Shown here in pieces: positions 9,243-19,043 of a DNA stretch of 32,000 nt. The stretch spans positions 24,750-56,749 of the forward strand of contig JBAZYK010000012.1 of NCBI GenBank assembly GCA_041659405.1. Direction: 5' to 3'. The translations under genes were made by a program, and so were the position numbers. Within the stretch, counting starts at the first letter, position 1; every line of letters begins with the position of its first letter. The notes beneath the pieces are model-generated. The model worked only from the letters and a program-made list of their open reading frames with translations, ran no database searches and had not been told where the DNA came from. This DNA is from Candidatus Altimarinota bacterium (GTDB lineage: Bacteria; Patescibacteriota; Gracilibacteria; UBA1369).

Positions 9243-10136
9243 CTATTTCAGTAGATCCGCCGATTCAACCTTAAACGAGTCCACAATTGGCTTCCATAAA
9301 GCCATAGATTTTGTGAATTCAGGCGCCTTTAAGAGATCATCTAAATAGGTTTTAGCCGTGAGCATATTGTATTTTTCCTCCGATTGGTCTGAAGACCAAA
9401 TACCCTTATCATCAAAGGAAACACCTCCTCTAAAAATGTAATTTAAGCCATTTACTTTCTTTATATAAATTTTATCCCAAGATTCACCATAATCCGCTCC
9501 GGTTGTTAAAATAGGATAGCCATCGGCAGCGCTAAATTCATACTGCGTTAACGCATCTTTGCCATTAGTTTCACAGTAAAAATTTGGATAATTTGCTCCT
9601 GCTTTTTTAGCCAGGGATCCATCACATTTATAAGTTATTTTCGCATTTTCTGCCGGAGTTTCAATTGTCTGATTTACACCATAAGGTGGATACATTCTTG
9701 GTGAAACCTCTAGCCCCTGATAAGAAAACCCCTCATATTTTCCATCTACAGCACCACCATATTCATACTCACAATTTAGACCAGCAATTCCCGGATTTGG
9801 GCCCGAAAGATTGGACTGTGCCACCGAAACAACTTGATCATAAAGTTTCATATAAATTCTGCCATTTTCGAACTTACCCACTTTCAAATCACTGCAATAT
9901 ATGTCTTTTCCTTTAAGGATTGGAGCATAAGGATCCACTTCTTGCGTTTCGGTTTGTGAAGCTTGTGCGGTTTGAGTAGGCTGTTCGGTTTGGCTTTGTG
10001 TAAGGCTTTGCGTGAGGACGATGTCCGTAGCTGCGATCGTTGGCTTGTTTTCAGACGATTTAGTAGTGCCAGGAGCGGAACATGCAGCCAAAATAAGCAC
10101 ACTTCCTATACCCAATATAAACAAAAGTTTTTTCAT
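9243..10136 (-). CDS. Secreted lipoprotein with Thr/Gln-rich linker
   Basis: Signal peptide and lipobox MKKLLFILGIGSVLILAAC, then TQSLTQSQTEQPTQTAQASQTETQE. Confidence 0.85.
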   Translation of the reverse strand: MKKLLFILGIGSVLILAACSAPGTTKSSENKPTIAATDIVLTQSLTQSQTEQPTQTAQASQTETQEVDPYAPILKGKDIYCSDLKVGKFENGRIYMKLYDQVVSVAQSNLSGPNPGIAGLNCEYEYGGAVDGKYEGFSYQGLEVSPRMYPPYGVNQTIETPAENAKITYKCDGSLAKKAGANYPNFYCETNGKDALTQYEFSAADGYPILTTGADYGESWDKIYIKKVNGLNYIFRGGVSFDDKGIWSSDQSEEKYNMLTAKTYLDDLLKAPEFTKSMALWKPIVDSFKVESADLLK

Positions 10137-10235
10137 AAAATAAAAGAAAATTAACAGACATCATTATAACCTGGATTGATTAAAATGTATTACAACTTCA
10201 ACAAATAAACAATCACAAAAAAAACCGCTTCGCAG

Positions 10236-10388
10236 CTAGGCTGGGAGCGCTTCTTGGTTTGTTCCTGACCGATCCTTCCAGTAGGAGTATTCTTCTCCGC
10301 ATTCCAGGCATTCCACCTTTATGCGAATGAAATTCTCTACAAGAGGGTACTCTCGTGTCATGAACTCACCGTGTGTACAGTTGTTCAT
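10236..10388 (-). CDS. 50-aa small protein with CxxC motif (MNNCTHGEFMTREYPLVENFIRIKVECLECGEEYSYWKDRSGTNQEALPA)
   Basis: My own translation of the minus strand; below the 60-aa cutoff of the supplied ORF track. CTH plus CLEC suggests metal binding. Confidence 0.55.
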   Translation of the reverse strand: MNNCTHGEFMTREYPLVENFIRIKVECLECGEEYSYWKDRSGTNQEALPA

Positions 10389-10426
10389 GGCTAAATTATA
10401 TCAAACCGGTGCCGCGCTGTAAACCC

Positions 10427-11830
10427 TTACGCAGGCTTTTTAAGCATTTTCCTTACTTTCACTCCGCACATGATAACCATGGCTGTTTCACCGGCAATGG
10501 CTCCCAGTAAAATAAAAAGCAGCTTCAGATTCAGATTTTCTATCAATAAAGATCCACCAAAAAAAATCACCGAAACAATCACCGCCAAAAATTCGCGCTT
10601 CATGATCCAAATGTCATCTTCAAAAGCAAAAAGGGTCAAAATCACCAGATCGTAAACATAAGAAACAGCCACCAAAATAAGCATCATTGGCAACAAATAC
10701 CAAAATTCCGGCAAGAAATATTTTTGATGAGTTAGTAGTTGGATAAGCCATGGCCCCAGCAAACTTCCAAAAACCACCACCAGCGCTCCGCCCACTGTCA
10801 TAAGCCAAAAAAGCCTCTTATATAAAACCCGGGCTTTCTTCCAATCCTTTTCGGCCAAGTATTGTTTAAGCCCCGGCAAAGCCGAAAACATTAAAAACGT
10901 GGAAAGCAGACTTAAAACCTGCGCAACTCGAAAGCTTACATTAAAAGCCGCAAATTGAGCACCGGTTAAAGCTTCGTGACTAAAATAATCGGGCAAAAAA
11001 CGGAAATATAAACTGTTCGAAATAATTATGACGCCATAAGGCAAACTCGTCTTAAAAATCTCCCACAGAAAATTTTTATCCAGCGCAAAAGTAATCTTAA
11101 CTTTTTCACGCGCAAATTTTTGCAGCACAAAAAACAAACTTACTCCCATCGTGACCAAACTTCCCACCACGCTCATCGTAAAAAACAGCAGCAAGGCCAC
11201 TTCCACATTTGCACCCGCGCCCGCAGCACCAGCACCCGCGGAGCCAATCGCACCCACGCCCGCCACCGCCCCGCCCATCTCTTTTATAACCAAAAAAGTT
11301 CCCACAGCCGTTAAAAACTTTCCAATTACCAAAGCAAAAGTCCCTCGGCCCATCAGATAATTTGCCTGCAGCATGCCCTCGCACACCGAAGTCACATAAT
11401 CAAAAAACAGCGACACCAAAAAAATCAGACTCGCCAAAATAAAAATCCGGTCACTTCCGGAAAGCCATAAATAAAGCCCAGCAGACACAAAAAGCAGGCC
11501 GCTGGTCATAATCCTTAAAACCAAAGCATTAAAAAAAGTCTTTCCACTTTTAGGCTTTTCCGCCATTTTCCTGATTACATTCGCAAAAATTCCTAAATTA
11601 GCCGCCGTCGAAAAAAACAAAGCAAACTCCATCACGGCGCCATAAGTGGCATAATTATTTTCACTCAAAAAATTGGAAATTTGTTTTAGGATCAACGCAG
11701 ACAAAAAAAACTGCACAAATTTACCGGCATATTGCACCAACGTAGAAAAGGCGATCTTTCTGCCAATAACCGATATGGGAGCGTCATGAAAATGAGTGGT
11801 AGTTTTAAGTTGGGTGGAAGCCACGGACAA
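10427..11830 (-). CDS. Polysaccharide/lipid flippase (Wzx/MurJ-like MATE superfamily)
   Basis: 467 aa, about 12 or more hydrophobic segments; IGRKIAFSTLVQYAGKFVQFFLSALI resembles the flippase N-terminus. Confidence 0.85.
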   Translation of the reverse strand: MSVASTQLKTTTHFHDAPISVIGRKIAFSTLVQYAGKFVQFFLSALILKQISNFLSENNYATYGAVMEFALFFSTAANLGIFANVIRKMAEKPKSGKTFFNALVLRIMTSGLLFVSAGLYLWLSGSDRIFILASLIFLVSLFFDYVTSVCEGMLQANYLMGRGTFALVIGKFLTAVGTFLVIKEMGGAVAGVGAIGSAGAGAAGAGANVEVALLLFFTMSVVGSLVTMGVSLFFVLQKFAREKVKITFALDKNFLWEIFKTSLPYGVIIISNSLYFRFLPDYFSHEALTGAQFAAFNVSFRVAQVLSLLSTFLMFSALPGLKQYLAEKDWKKARVLYKRLFWLMTVGGALVVVFGSLLGPWLIQLLTHQKYFLPEFWYLLPMMLILVAVSYVYDLVILTLFAFEDDIWIMKREFLAVIVSVIFFGGSLLIENLNLKLLFILLGAIAGETAMVIMCGVKVRKMLKKPA

Positions 11831-11848
11831 AGATTAAGCTGGTAATAA

Positions 11849-12715
11849 TTATGGAGTTTTTGTTTGAGTGGAAGCTGTGCCAGTTGTTTGCGTTGCCCCA
11901 GCCCCTAAAGCCGCTTGATCAGCCGCAGCCGGCGGCAGAACTTCAATCATCCGTTTTGCGCCACTTTCGATTGGATTGGTGTAATCGTGGAGAGCATTTT
12001 GCAAAACTTTCCAAGTATAAACATAATCTTCACCATTTTTGGTCCCGACATCTGCTGTAATCACTTTTTGGCCTGCCTTATAACCTTTAATGACTATGGC
12101 ATGATAAACCGGTCCGCCATTACGATAATTTGGATTGCCCAGTTTTTTGCCTGCAAAAGTCATAATAATCAAATGGCCTTTTGCCAGAACACGCTGCATA
12201 TCTTCAAACGTTGGATTTTCGTGGACGACACTGTCTAAACCAAAATATTCTTTTAACATCTGCCGAATTTGAGCAACGGTAGTGTCTTTGTAATCACCAA
12301 AATTCTCCATTTCCCATTGCACCATCTTCAAAATCTGATCGTTAAACTGCGTTGCTGTCCACTGATGATTGTAATAAACATTCGCAATCAAAAGAGCGCT
12401 GGCCTCTTCACAGGCTTCCTGCCAAGGAAAATCCCAATTGCCAAACGGCGCCTGCGAATAAAAATCCATTTTAAAATTCAATTCCGCCGGCAGAATTTGT
12501 TCGGTAGTTACCTGTTCCGTTTGAGTATTAATTTGGGTTGAAGTTTGTGTTGATCCCGATTCTTCACGCGCGTAATCAGTCAAATTAACCGCAGCAGGAA
12601 CAGGTTCTTTTGCATAGCGCCATGAACGATACAAAACATATGTTCCGCTAACCAACAAGGCTGTCAGCGCGAAAACAAAAAGCATTTTCAGATTTTTCTT
12701 CAAATTTTTTTTCAC
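11849..12715 (-). CDS. C39-like cysteine peptidase domain protein, membrane-anchored, TQ-rich linker
   Basis: N-terminal TM; catalytic-like PWQEACEEASALLIANVYY and GPVYHAIVIKGYKAGQKVITADVG. Confidence 0.8.
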   Translation of the reverse strand: MKKNLKKNLKMLFVFALTALLVSGTYVLYRSWRYAKEPVPAAVNLTDYAREESGSTQTSTQINTQTEQVTTEQILPAELNFKMDFYSQAPFGNWDFPWQEACEEASALLIANVYYNHQWTATQFNDQILKMVQWEMENFGDYKDTTVAQIRQMLKEYFGLDSVVHENPTFEDMQRVLAKGHLIIMTFAGKKLGNPNYRNGGPVYHAIVIKGYKAGQKVITADVGTKNGEDYVYTWKVLQNALHDYTNPIESGAKRMIEVLPPAAADQAALGAGATQTTGTASTQTKTP

Positions 12716-12766
12716 AAGAAATTGTAAATTAACACTGGCATTATAGCACCGGAAAAAAGGGGATAC

Positions 12767-12802
12767 AAAAAAAACGGTCTTCTTTCGAAAACCGTTTTTT
12801 TT
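12767..12802 (-). terminator. Intrinsic terminator downstream of the cold-shock gene
   Basis: AAAAAACGGT ... ACCGTTTTTT inverted repeat with flanking A/T tracts. Confidence 0.75.
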
Positions 12803-12838
12803 GAAAATTCTTTTTTGAATTAGAATTTAAGGCCCTAA

Positions 12839-13063
12839 CTATACATTTGCATCTGTTGGTGCGCCTGTACCTAAAGCAACGTTTGTCGCTTTTGGACCCT
12901 TTGGGGAAGTACCCATTTCAAATGTTACATTGTCGCCTTCACGCATTTCTGCGAAATTGCCGGCTGCAACGTCATTAGCATGGAAGAATACGTCCTTGCC
13001 TCCGTCTTCCGGAGTGATAAAACCAAAGCCCTTTTCATTGAGCCTTTTAATTATACCTTTCAT
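12839..13063 (-). CDS. Cold-shock domain protein (CspA family)
   Basis: [32 protein letters not shown]...[15 protein letters not shown]. Confidence 0.97.
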   Translation of the reverse strand: MKGIIKRLNEKGFGFITPEDGGKDVFFHANDVAAGNFAEMREGDNVTFEMGTSPKGPKATNVALGTGAPTDANV

Positions 13064-13200
13064 AAAAAAAGGTTATAGAATAAATTCCTTTAAGCTTTGT
13101 CGCTGTAGGAATCTATTAAACACCCTACAAAACTCTACCTATTGGCAAACTCATACTACATTAATATATGAATATAGCAAGTTGAATTGGATTTAGCCTG

Positions 13201-14004
13201 CTACTTCAGCTTTTTCGCGGCAGAAGCCGTTTTCCAAAGTATCTCAAACATCACCTTCATTGAGTGGTAAATTTCTTTGCTTTCAATCAGAACGCCGATT
13301 TTTTCATTTTTTAGCGTAATTATAGACACTTTCCCGTCATAAATATTGATTTCATTTGAGATATCAAATAATTTTGCGGGTAAATGACGTGATTGGCGCA
13401 GATATTTTTTATCTTTTTTTATTTCCTGGCGTTCAAGCGGCGTATCTTTTGCAATGTAACGGAGAAATATGCCACTTTTAATTCGTTTTTTCACATACCA
13501 CTGATCATATTGTTTACCAAAAAGGTCCAAAAGATCAGCAAAGGAGCTTAAACAAAGTATCTCTGTTTTTGATTGAAGAGTGTCAATGTACATTCTTTTC
13601 AGATCCTGGATGCCTTCGTAATAAGTGACTTTTGGCACGTTAACATCCTGGCGGACAATCGAGGTAAGTTCCGGCAAAATGGCCGAGAATGCTCTGATGT
13701 TCTCATCCCAACGTTCGGATGCTTTTACTTTATTATGGTGAAGGTTTTTCAATATTTCTTCCGGTTTTTCTGCGGTAAAATATTGAGTCGTGCCTTTCCA
13801 ATTAAACCTCGCAAAGCCTTCTTTTGTCAGATGTTCAAGATAAACACGAACGGTTGTTCTTTTTTTATCAAGATTACGCGCCACGATACTTGCCGGCTGA
13901 GTTCCAAGACGAAGAAGGGTTGTATAAACATCAATTTCTTCAGGACTGCAGCCCAGGTTTTTTAGTACATTTTGATACATCATGTCTTGATTATATGTTG
14001 TCAA
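13201..14004 (-). CDS. TrmB-family transcriptional regulator
   Basis: VLKNLGCSPEEIDVYTTLLRLGTQPASIVARNLDKKRTTVRVYLEHLTKEGFARF plus C-terminal TrmB-like regulatory domain. Confidence 0.85.
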   Translation of the reverse strand: MTTYNQDMMYQNVLKNLGCSPEEIDVYTTLLRLGTQPASIVARNLDKKRTTVRVYLEHLTKEGFARFNWKGTTQYFTAEKPEEILKNLHHNKVKASERWDENIRAFSAILPELTSIVRQDVNVPKVTYYEGIQDLKRMYIDTLQSKTEILCLSSFADLLDLFGKQYDQWYVKKRIKSGIFLRYIAKDTPLERQEIKKDKKYLRQSRHLPAKLFDISNEINIYDGKVSIITLKNEKIGVLIESKEIYHSMKVMFEILWKTASAAKKLK

Positions 14005-14148
14005 AAAGTTTACGTCAATGATTGTTTTTGGCTCAATATATTGGCTTTCTACTAGTTGTAAATGGTGACGGTGGGTCGTTGACGAAGAGTCCTGCGAACT
14101 TTATGCTGGAAACCTCTTATATTTTTTATATAAACCATTCAAGGAAAC

Positions 14149-15138
14149 ATGAAAATTTCGTATGATGCACATCTGGTCAATTTTGAATCTTTAAAAGAAA
14201 CGATTTTGGGAGAAGGCAAGACCCCTTTGATTGAATCGCGTTCAATTTCTCAACAATTTGGTTTTTCTTCGCTCTATTTAAAAAACGAAATGGTAAATCC
14301 AACCGGATCTTTTAAAGATCGTGAATCGGCCTATGTTTTTTCCAGGTTACTTTCGCCGTGGACTTCTAAAAAAATTGCAATCGCATCGTCCGGAAATGCC
14401 GCGATTTCTGCCTGTGCTTACTCTGCGTATTTTGGAAAAACATGCCTTTGTTATGTATCAGACAAGATCCCGCAGGGAAAAATCGACCTTATTACTCTTC
14501 TTGGAGGTCAAATTAAAAAAATCCCCGGATCTTATGAAGATGTTTATGAATACCTTATTGATAATTTGCCGGAAAATGCCATCAACATCACCTCGGGGCA
14601 GCTGGACTCCAGAGAAAACGGAAATATTCCCATTGTGGAGGAGATTTACGCCAGTGGCATTAAACCTGAGGCGATTATAATTCCGGTTGGTAATGGCTCA
14701 CTCCTGTATGGAATCTTCAAAGGACTGCAAAAGCTAATGATGAACGGAATAATTAAAAGTTATCCGCAGCTCATTGGGGTTGAAATGCTTGGATATGCCC
14801 CGGTTGCGGAAGCCATACGCCAAGGAAAAGCTTGGGTAGCAATTGCAGAGTCCCCGGATTCAATTGCTGATGCCGGGATAGCCGCCCAAAAAGCTTATTG
14901 CTCCGCGGAAGCCATTTTTGCGCTGAAGGAAACAAAAGGATTTATGGTCGAAATTCATGAGGAAGATCTTCAGGGGGCACTCAAAGCCATTTTAAAAGAA
15001 GGTTTAGTCGCAGAACCAAGCTCGGCCTGTGTAGTAGCGGCATTGAAATATTTACCTGATTTTAAAGAAAAAACGCTTGTGGCCATTTTATCCGGCTCAG
15101 GCTTCAAAATGATACCTTTTATTCTTAACCAAATTTAG
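14149..15138 (+). CDS. PLP-dependent enzyme, threonine synthase-like (fold type II)
   Basis: GEGKTPLIESRSISQQFGFSSLYLKNEMVNPTGSFKDRESAYVF and IASSGNAAISACAYSAYFGKTCLCYV. Confidence 0.85.
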   Translation: MKISYDAHLVNFESLKETILGEGKTPLIESRSISQQFGFSSLYLKNEMVNPTGSFKDRESAYVFSRLLSPWTSKKIAIASSGNAAISACAYSAYFGKTCLCYVSDKIPQGKIDLITLLGGQIKKIPGSYEDVYEYLIDNLPENAINITSGQLDSRENGNIPIVEEIYASGIKPEAIIIPVGNGSLLYGIFKGLQKLMMNGIIKSYPQLIGVEMLGYAPVAEAIRQGKAWVAIAESPDSIADAGIAAQKAYCSAEAIFALKETKGFMVEIHEEDLQGALKAILKEGLVAEPSSACVVAALKYLPDFKEKTLVAILSGSGFKMIPFILNQI

Positions 15139-15139
15139 T

Positions 15140-16402
15140 ATGGAAACCACAACCACATACAAAAAAATCGCTTCGTATGAAGCAAACAAAGGCGAATTCA
15201 AAAAATGTCTTTTACTATATTCCGGCGGGCTGGACACTTCGGTCATGCTCAAATGGATCCAGGAAAATTATGAGTGTGAAGTTGTTGCGCTCACGATTGA
15301 TCTTGGGCAGACAGCGGACGATTTGGAAGCCATCAAAAATAAAGCAATTATGCTTGGAGCTAAGGATGCCGTTGTTTACGATGCCAAGGATGAGTTTGCC
15401 GATACACTGCTTTCCATAGCCATAAAAGCCAATGCCGACTATCAGGGAGGTTACGCGCTTGGGTGTCCGCTTGGCCGTGTGATGATCGCCAAAATCGCCG
15501 CAAAAATTGCCCAACAATACGATTGTGAAGTGATTGCCCATGGCTGTACCGGCAAAGGCAACGATCAGGTTCGTTTTGAAGGTTACATCACAACTTTAAA
15601 TCCAAAACTTAAAATTATTGCGCCGGTAAGGGAGTGGGGAATGGGTCGTGATGAAGAGATTGAATATGCCGAAAAACATCAGATCCCAATCAAGCAAAAA
15701 AAAGATTCACCATATTCTTATGATGAAAATATGTGGTCGAATACAGGCGAAGGCGGCGAAATTGAAGATCCAAAATTAATCCCGCCACTTAAGCGGATTT
15801 TGCAATGGTGCAATACTCCCGAAGATGCTCCAAATGAAACGGAAATGATGACAATATCCTTCAAAAAAGGGGTTCCATTCGCGCTTAATGGCGCATCAAA
15901 AAAACTCAGTGAAATAGTGATGGAACTCAATAAAATTGGTGGAAAACATGGTGTTGGTGTGATTCATTTAATTGAAGATAGAATTGTCGGACTAAAAGTT
16001 AGGGGAGTTTACGAAAATCCGGCCGCTGCTATTTTAATTGCCGCGCATAAAAATCTGGAAAAACTTGTTTCCACAAGACAGGAAAATGAACTAAAATCTT
16101 TTATGGATCAAAAGTGGGCGTATCTTACTTATGGCGCACAATGGTTTGAGCCTGTCATAAGCCACATTCACGCTTTCATCGATGACCAGAATCAAAAAGT
16201 GAGCGGTGACGTGAAAGTTATTTTATACAAAGGTAACATTACCGTTGTCGCGGTTGAATCGCCTTATTCTTTGTTCGATAAAGATTTGGCAACTTTCAAT
16301 AAAAACGCCGCTTTCAATCAAAATGCCTCACCCGGATTTATTGAAATTTACACACTTGCCATGAAAACCGCCTACCAGCTTAACAATAAATCCAATGACT
16401 AA
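15140..16402 (+). CDS. argG: Argininosuccinate synthase
   Basis: LLLYSGGLDTSVMLKWIQENYECEVVALTIDLGQ, GCTGKGNDQVRFE, IAPVREWGMGRDEEIEYAEKHQIP. Confidence 0.97.
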   Translation: METTTTYKKIASYEANKGEFKKCLLLYSGGLDTSVMLKWIQENYECEVVALTIDLGQTADDLEAIKNKAIMLGAKDAVVYDAKDEFADTLLSIAIKANADYQGGYALGCPLGRVMIAKIAAKIAQQYDCEVIAHGCTGKGNDQVRFEGYITTLNPKLKIIAPVREWGMGRDEEIEYAEKHQIPIKQKKDSPYSYDENMWSNTGEGGEIEDPKLIPPLKRILQWCNTPEDAPNETEMMTISFKKGVPFALNGASKKLSEIVMELNKIGGKHGVGVIHLIEDRIVGLKVRGVYENPAAAILIAAHKNLEKLVSTRQENELKSFMDQKWAYLTYGAQWFEPVISHIHAFIDDQNQKVSGDVKVILYKGNITVVAVESPYSLFDKDLATFNKNAAFNQNASPGFIEIYTLAMKTAYQLNNKSND

Positions 16403-17651
16403 ATTGTGGCAGAAATCAGGCCAAAAACTGCACCCGCTCATCGAGGTATATACCGTCGGTGATGATTGGGAACTTGATGAAGTCCTTTTCCCTTATGATA
16501 TTCAAGCCAGCAAAGCGCATGCCGAAATGCTGAATAAAATCGGCATACTTTCCAAAAAAGAGTTGCAGGATCTTACAAAATCTTTGGATGCGCTTCAGAA
16601 AATGTTTCAAAAAGGTGAGCTGCGAATTAACATTGAAGATGAAGATTGTCACACGGTAATAGAAAATAAATTGATCGAAATGGTCGGCGAGGCGGGCAAA
16701 AAAATCCATACCGGCAGAAGCCGTAATGATCAGGTGCTTGTGGCTTTAAGGCTCTATCTGAAGGATCATTTGGGGTCCCTTGATCAAGCTGTGAAAGTTC
16801 TTGGAGACCACTTTTTTGCCATGGCAAAAAAATATCAGGATGTGCCTTTTCCGGGTTACACGCACACTCAACAGGCAATGCTTTCCAGTCTTGGTGTCTA
16901 TTTTGGATCTTTTGCGGAAGCACTTTGGGACGACGCTAATCTGCTTAAAATTATTCAGGATCATATTGATCAGAATCCTTTAGGCTCAGCCGCCGGTTAT
17001 GGCGTTGCCCTGCCACTGGATCGGGATTTTATCGCGAAAAAACTTGGCTTCAAAAAAGTACAAAACAATGCCATGTATTGCCAAAATAGCCGTGGAAAAT
17101 TTGAAAGTTTGAGCATGGAAGGCTTAGTGCAAATTATGCTTACCCTTAGCCGTTTTGCGTCTGATCTGTTGTTTTTCACCAGCAGGGAATGTGGCTATTT
17201 TTCTTTGTCCGATGCCATAGTAACCGGGTCAAGTATTATGCCTCAAAAAAGAAATTTGGATCCTCTGGAAATTTTGCGTGGAAAAACAAGTGTGGTTATG
17301 ACAAATCATGCTTTAATTCAAAACCTGGTATCGGGGCTTATTTCAGGCTATCATCGCGATTTACAACTCATCAAAAAACCACTCATTGAAAGTTTCTCCA
17401 TTCTTGAGCAAAGCGTTGCCGTTGTTGGAATCATTCTCGAAAATATCAAACCGGAAGAAGCAGTAATCGCCGGAAAAATCGCCCATGACATTTTTGCCGC
17501 AGATGTAGCCAACGAATTGGTCATTCAAAAGCAGCTACCTTTCCGTGAAGCATACAAATCAGCGCTCAAAGAACTAAAAACCAGAAAAATCGATTTGAAA
17601 AAAAATCTAAAATCCAAAATAAGCCCGGGCGGCCCCGGGAAGCCATTTTAA
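16395..17651 (+). CDS. argH: Argininosuccinate lyase
   Basis: HTGRSRNDQVLVALRLYLKD, PGYTHTQQAML, VTGSSIMPQKRNLDPLEILRGK; overlaps argG by 8 nt. Confidence 0.97.
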   Translation: MTKLWQKSGQKLHPLIEVYTVGDDWELDEVLFPYDIQASKAHAEMLNKIGILSKKELQDLTKSLDALQKMFQKGELRINIEDEDCHTVIENKLIEMVGEAGKKIHTGRSRNDQVLVALRLYLKDHLGSLDQAVKVLGDHFFAMAKKYQDVPFPGYTHTQQAMLSSLGVYFGSFAEALWDDANLLKIIQDHIDQNPLGSAAGYGVALPLDRDFIAKKLGFKKVQNNAMYCQNSRGKFESLSMEGLVQIMLTLSRFASDLLFFTSRECGYFSLSDAIVTGSSIMPQKRNLDPLEILRGKTSVVMTNHALIQNLVSGLISGYHRDLQLIKKPLIESFSILEQSVAVVGIILENIKPEEAVIAGKIAHDIFAADVANELVIQKQLPFREAYKSALKELKTRKIDLKKNLKSKISPGGPGKPF

Positions 17652-17694
17652 AATCAGTAAACCTCTTTTAAATAGCATTCTTCGCAGTAAAGGC

Positions 17695-18948
17695 TTAAAA
17701 CCTACTCGCCCCACCATGAAACCTTTGAAGAACCTGCTTAATTTGATCTCGAGAAAGGCCTCTGGCTCTTGCAATTTCATCTGCATTAAGAGCAAAAGTG
17801 GCTTCGGTAAAGGTAAGTCCAATGTTTTCCAGAACTTGTAAAAGCTGATCCTTTGGAGAAACTTTCCCAAATTTTTTCTTTAATTCACTGCCGGTAAAAA
17901 GAGTGGCGTGCGCTTGAATTTCTGCAGCAGCCTGTTGGAAAGTGGTCACCACTATTGGGTCTTGGACCGTCACCACAGTGTCCATCAGCATATCTGCACG
18001 AGTCATATTTTTGGATCCAATCCATGCAGTTTTGTTATCTCTTAACAAACCTTTACCATGCCCCATTTCCGGACTTAAAAAGATTTCCAAATTTCTCGGA
18101 TCAAAACCACCGGCATTCACCAGTTGATTTAAGGCCGTCAAATTATGACCTCTATTCACAGATGGATTTTCCGGAACAATCAATTTTATTCTACATCCTT
18201 TTTGCAGAATTTTTGCCAGAGCTTGAGTAAAATCCGGATCGCCCAAATAAGCCATAAAAACGGTCAATTCATCTCTGGTTTCTTCAATGAATTTCACCAA
18301 CTCCGGCTTTAAAACTTCACCGTCCCCATGAAGAAAATTTATCCCGGAACCATCCTCTTTTGCCCCACGCGTCTCACCCGCAAGCAATTTTAAAAGCTTC
18401 AAACATTGCTCAGGATCTTCTATGCGAATGGCCATGTCATGCCAGGCGTCATTTTTTAGATGTTCATTGCCAAAATTTATCCCCGTCACCCAGGCAACTT
18501 TTCCATCAACCACGGTAACCTTGGAGTGATCATGCAAATCATCAATCAAAATATTATTGGATGGATCTGATGCAATCTCCCGCCAAAGGGGATTGTGTTC
18601 GCCATTTTCCACTTTATGCCCATATAAAGTAGATATGATCTTCCCATAAAAAGCATGAACCGGATTATCAGGCCCTTTCGGGTGGACCAAGCTTTTACCG
18701 TTCGGTTCTCCATATTCATAAACCGAAGCAGTTCGATCTTTAAGAAAAGTAAATTCTCCATTCGAAGCTAAAACAGCACGTGCAAAGCCATTCCCAAAAC
18801 TATCGTCACGCGCCAAATATGTTTTTGAAAGCACATATTTTTTGCTATCGGGAATATCCCTAAGAAGCAGCTGGTCTCTAAGCTGTCTAGGTTTATAAAG
18901 TCTAACTCCACCACTGGTTTGTTCTTGAATCGGAATTTCGGAAAGCAT
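17695..18948 (-). CDS. Phospholipase D-like / cardiolipin synthase-like protein, two HKD motifs
   Basis: HSKVTVVDGKVAWVTGINFG and HGKGLLRDNKTAWIGSKNMT. Confidence 0.88.
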   Translation of the reverse strand: MLSEIPIQEQTSGGVRLYKPRQLRDQLLLRDIPDSKKYVLSKTYLARDDSFGNGFARAVLASNGEFTFLKDRTASVYEYGEPNGKSLVHPKGPDNPVHAFYGKIISTLYGHKVENGEHNPLWREIASDPSNNILIDDLHDHSKVTVVDGKVAWVTGINFGNEHLKNDAWHDMAIRIEDPEQCLKLLKLLAGETRGAKEDGSGINFLHGDGEVLKPELVKFIEETRDELTVFMAYLGDPDFTQALAKILQKGCRIKLIVPENPSVNRGHNLTALNQLVNAGGFDPRNLEIFLSPEMGHGKGLLRDNKTAWIGSKNMTRADMLMDTVVTVQDPIVVTTFQQAAAEIQAHATLFTGSELKKKFGKVSPKDQLLQVLENIGLTFTEATFALNADEIARARGLSRDQIKQVLQRFHGGASRF

Positions 18949-18980
18949 TCGCTGAAATAAAAAAAGCTGCGGCCTAAGGA

Positions 18981-19009
18981 TCTTTAGGCCAGTACTGGCG
19001 TTCTGTCAA
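18981..19009 (-). promoter_or_regulatory. Putative promoter of the PLD-like gene with a palindrome in the spacer
   Basis: Minus strand TTGACA (19004-19009), 17-nt spacer containing GCCAGTACTGGC, weak -10 TAAAGA (18981-18986). Confidence 0.45.
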
Positions 19010-19043
19010 TCAAACGCATGGATCAAAAATAAGCATGAGTGGA

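Noticed and set aside
9040-9348. 102-aa + ORF beginning MERVRGLEPLTSTLARLRSSQLSYTRTPI.
   Set aside because: It is the well-known spurious translation of the antisense strand of a tRNA gene (here tRNA-Gly).
15215-16709. Antisense ORFs over argG/argH (15215..15541, 15718..15930, 16416..16709, 16627..16923).
   Set aside because: Shadow ORFs on the opposite strand of strongly conserved enzymes.
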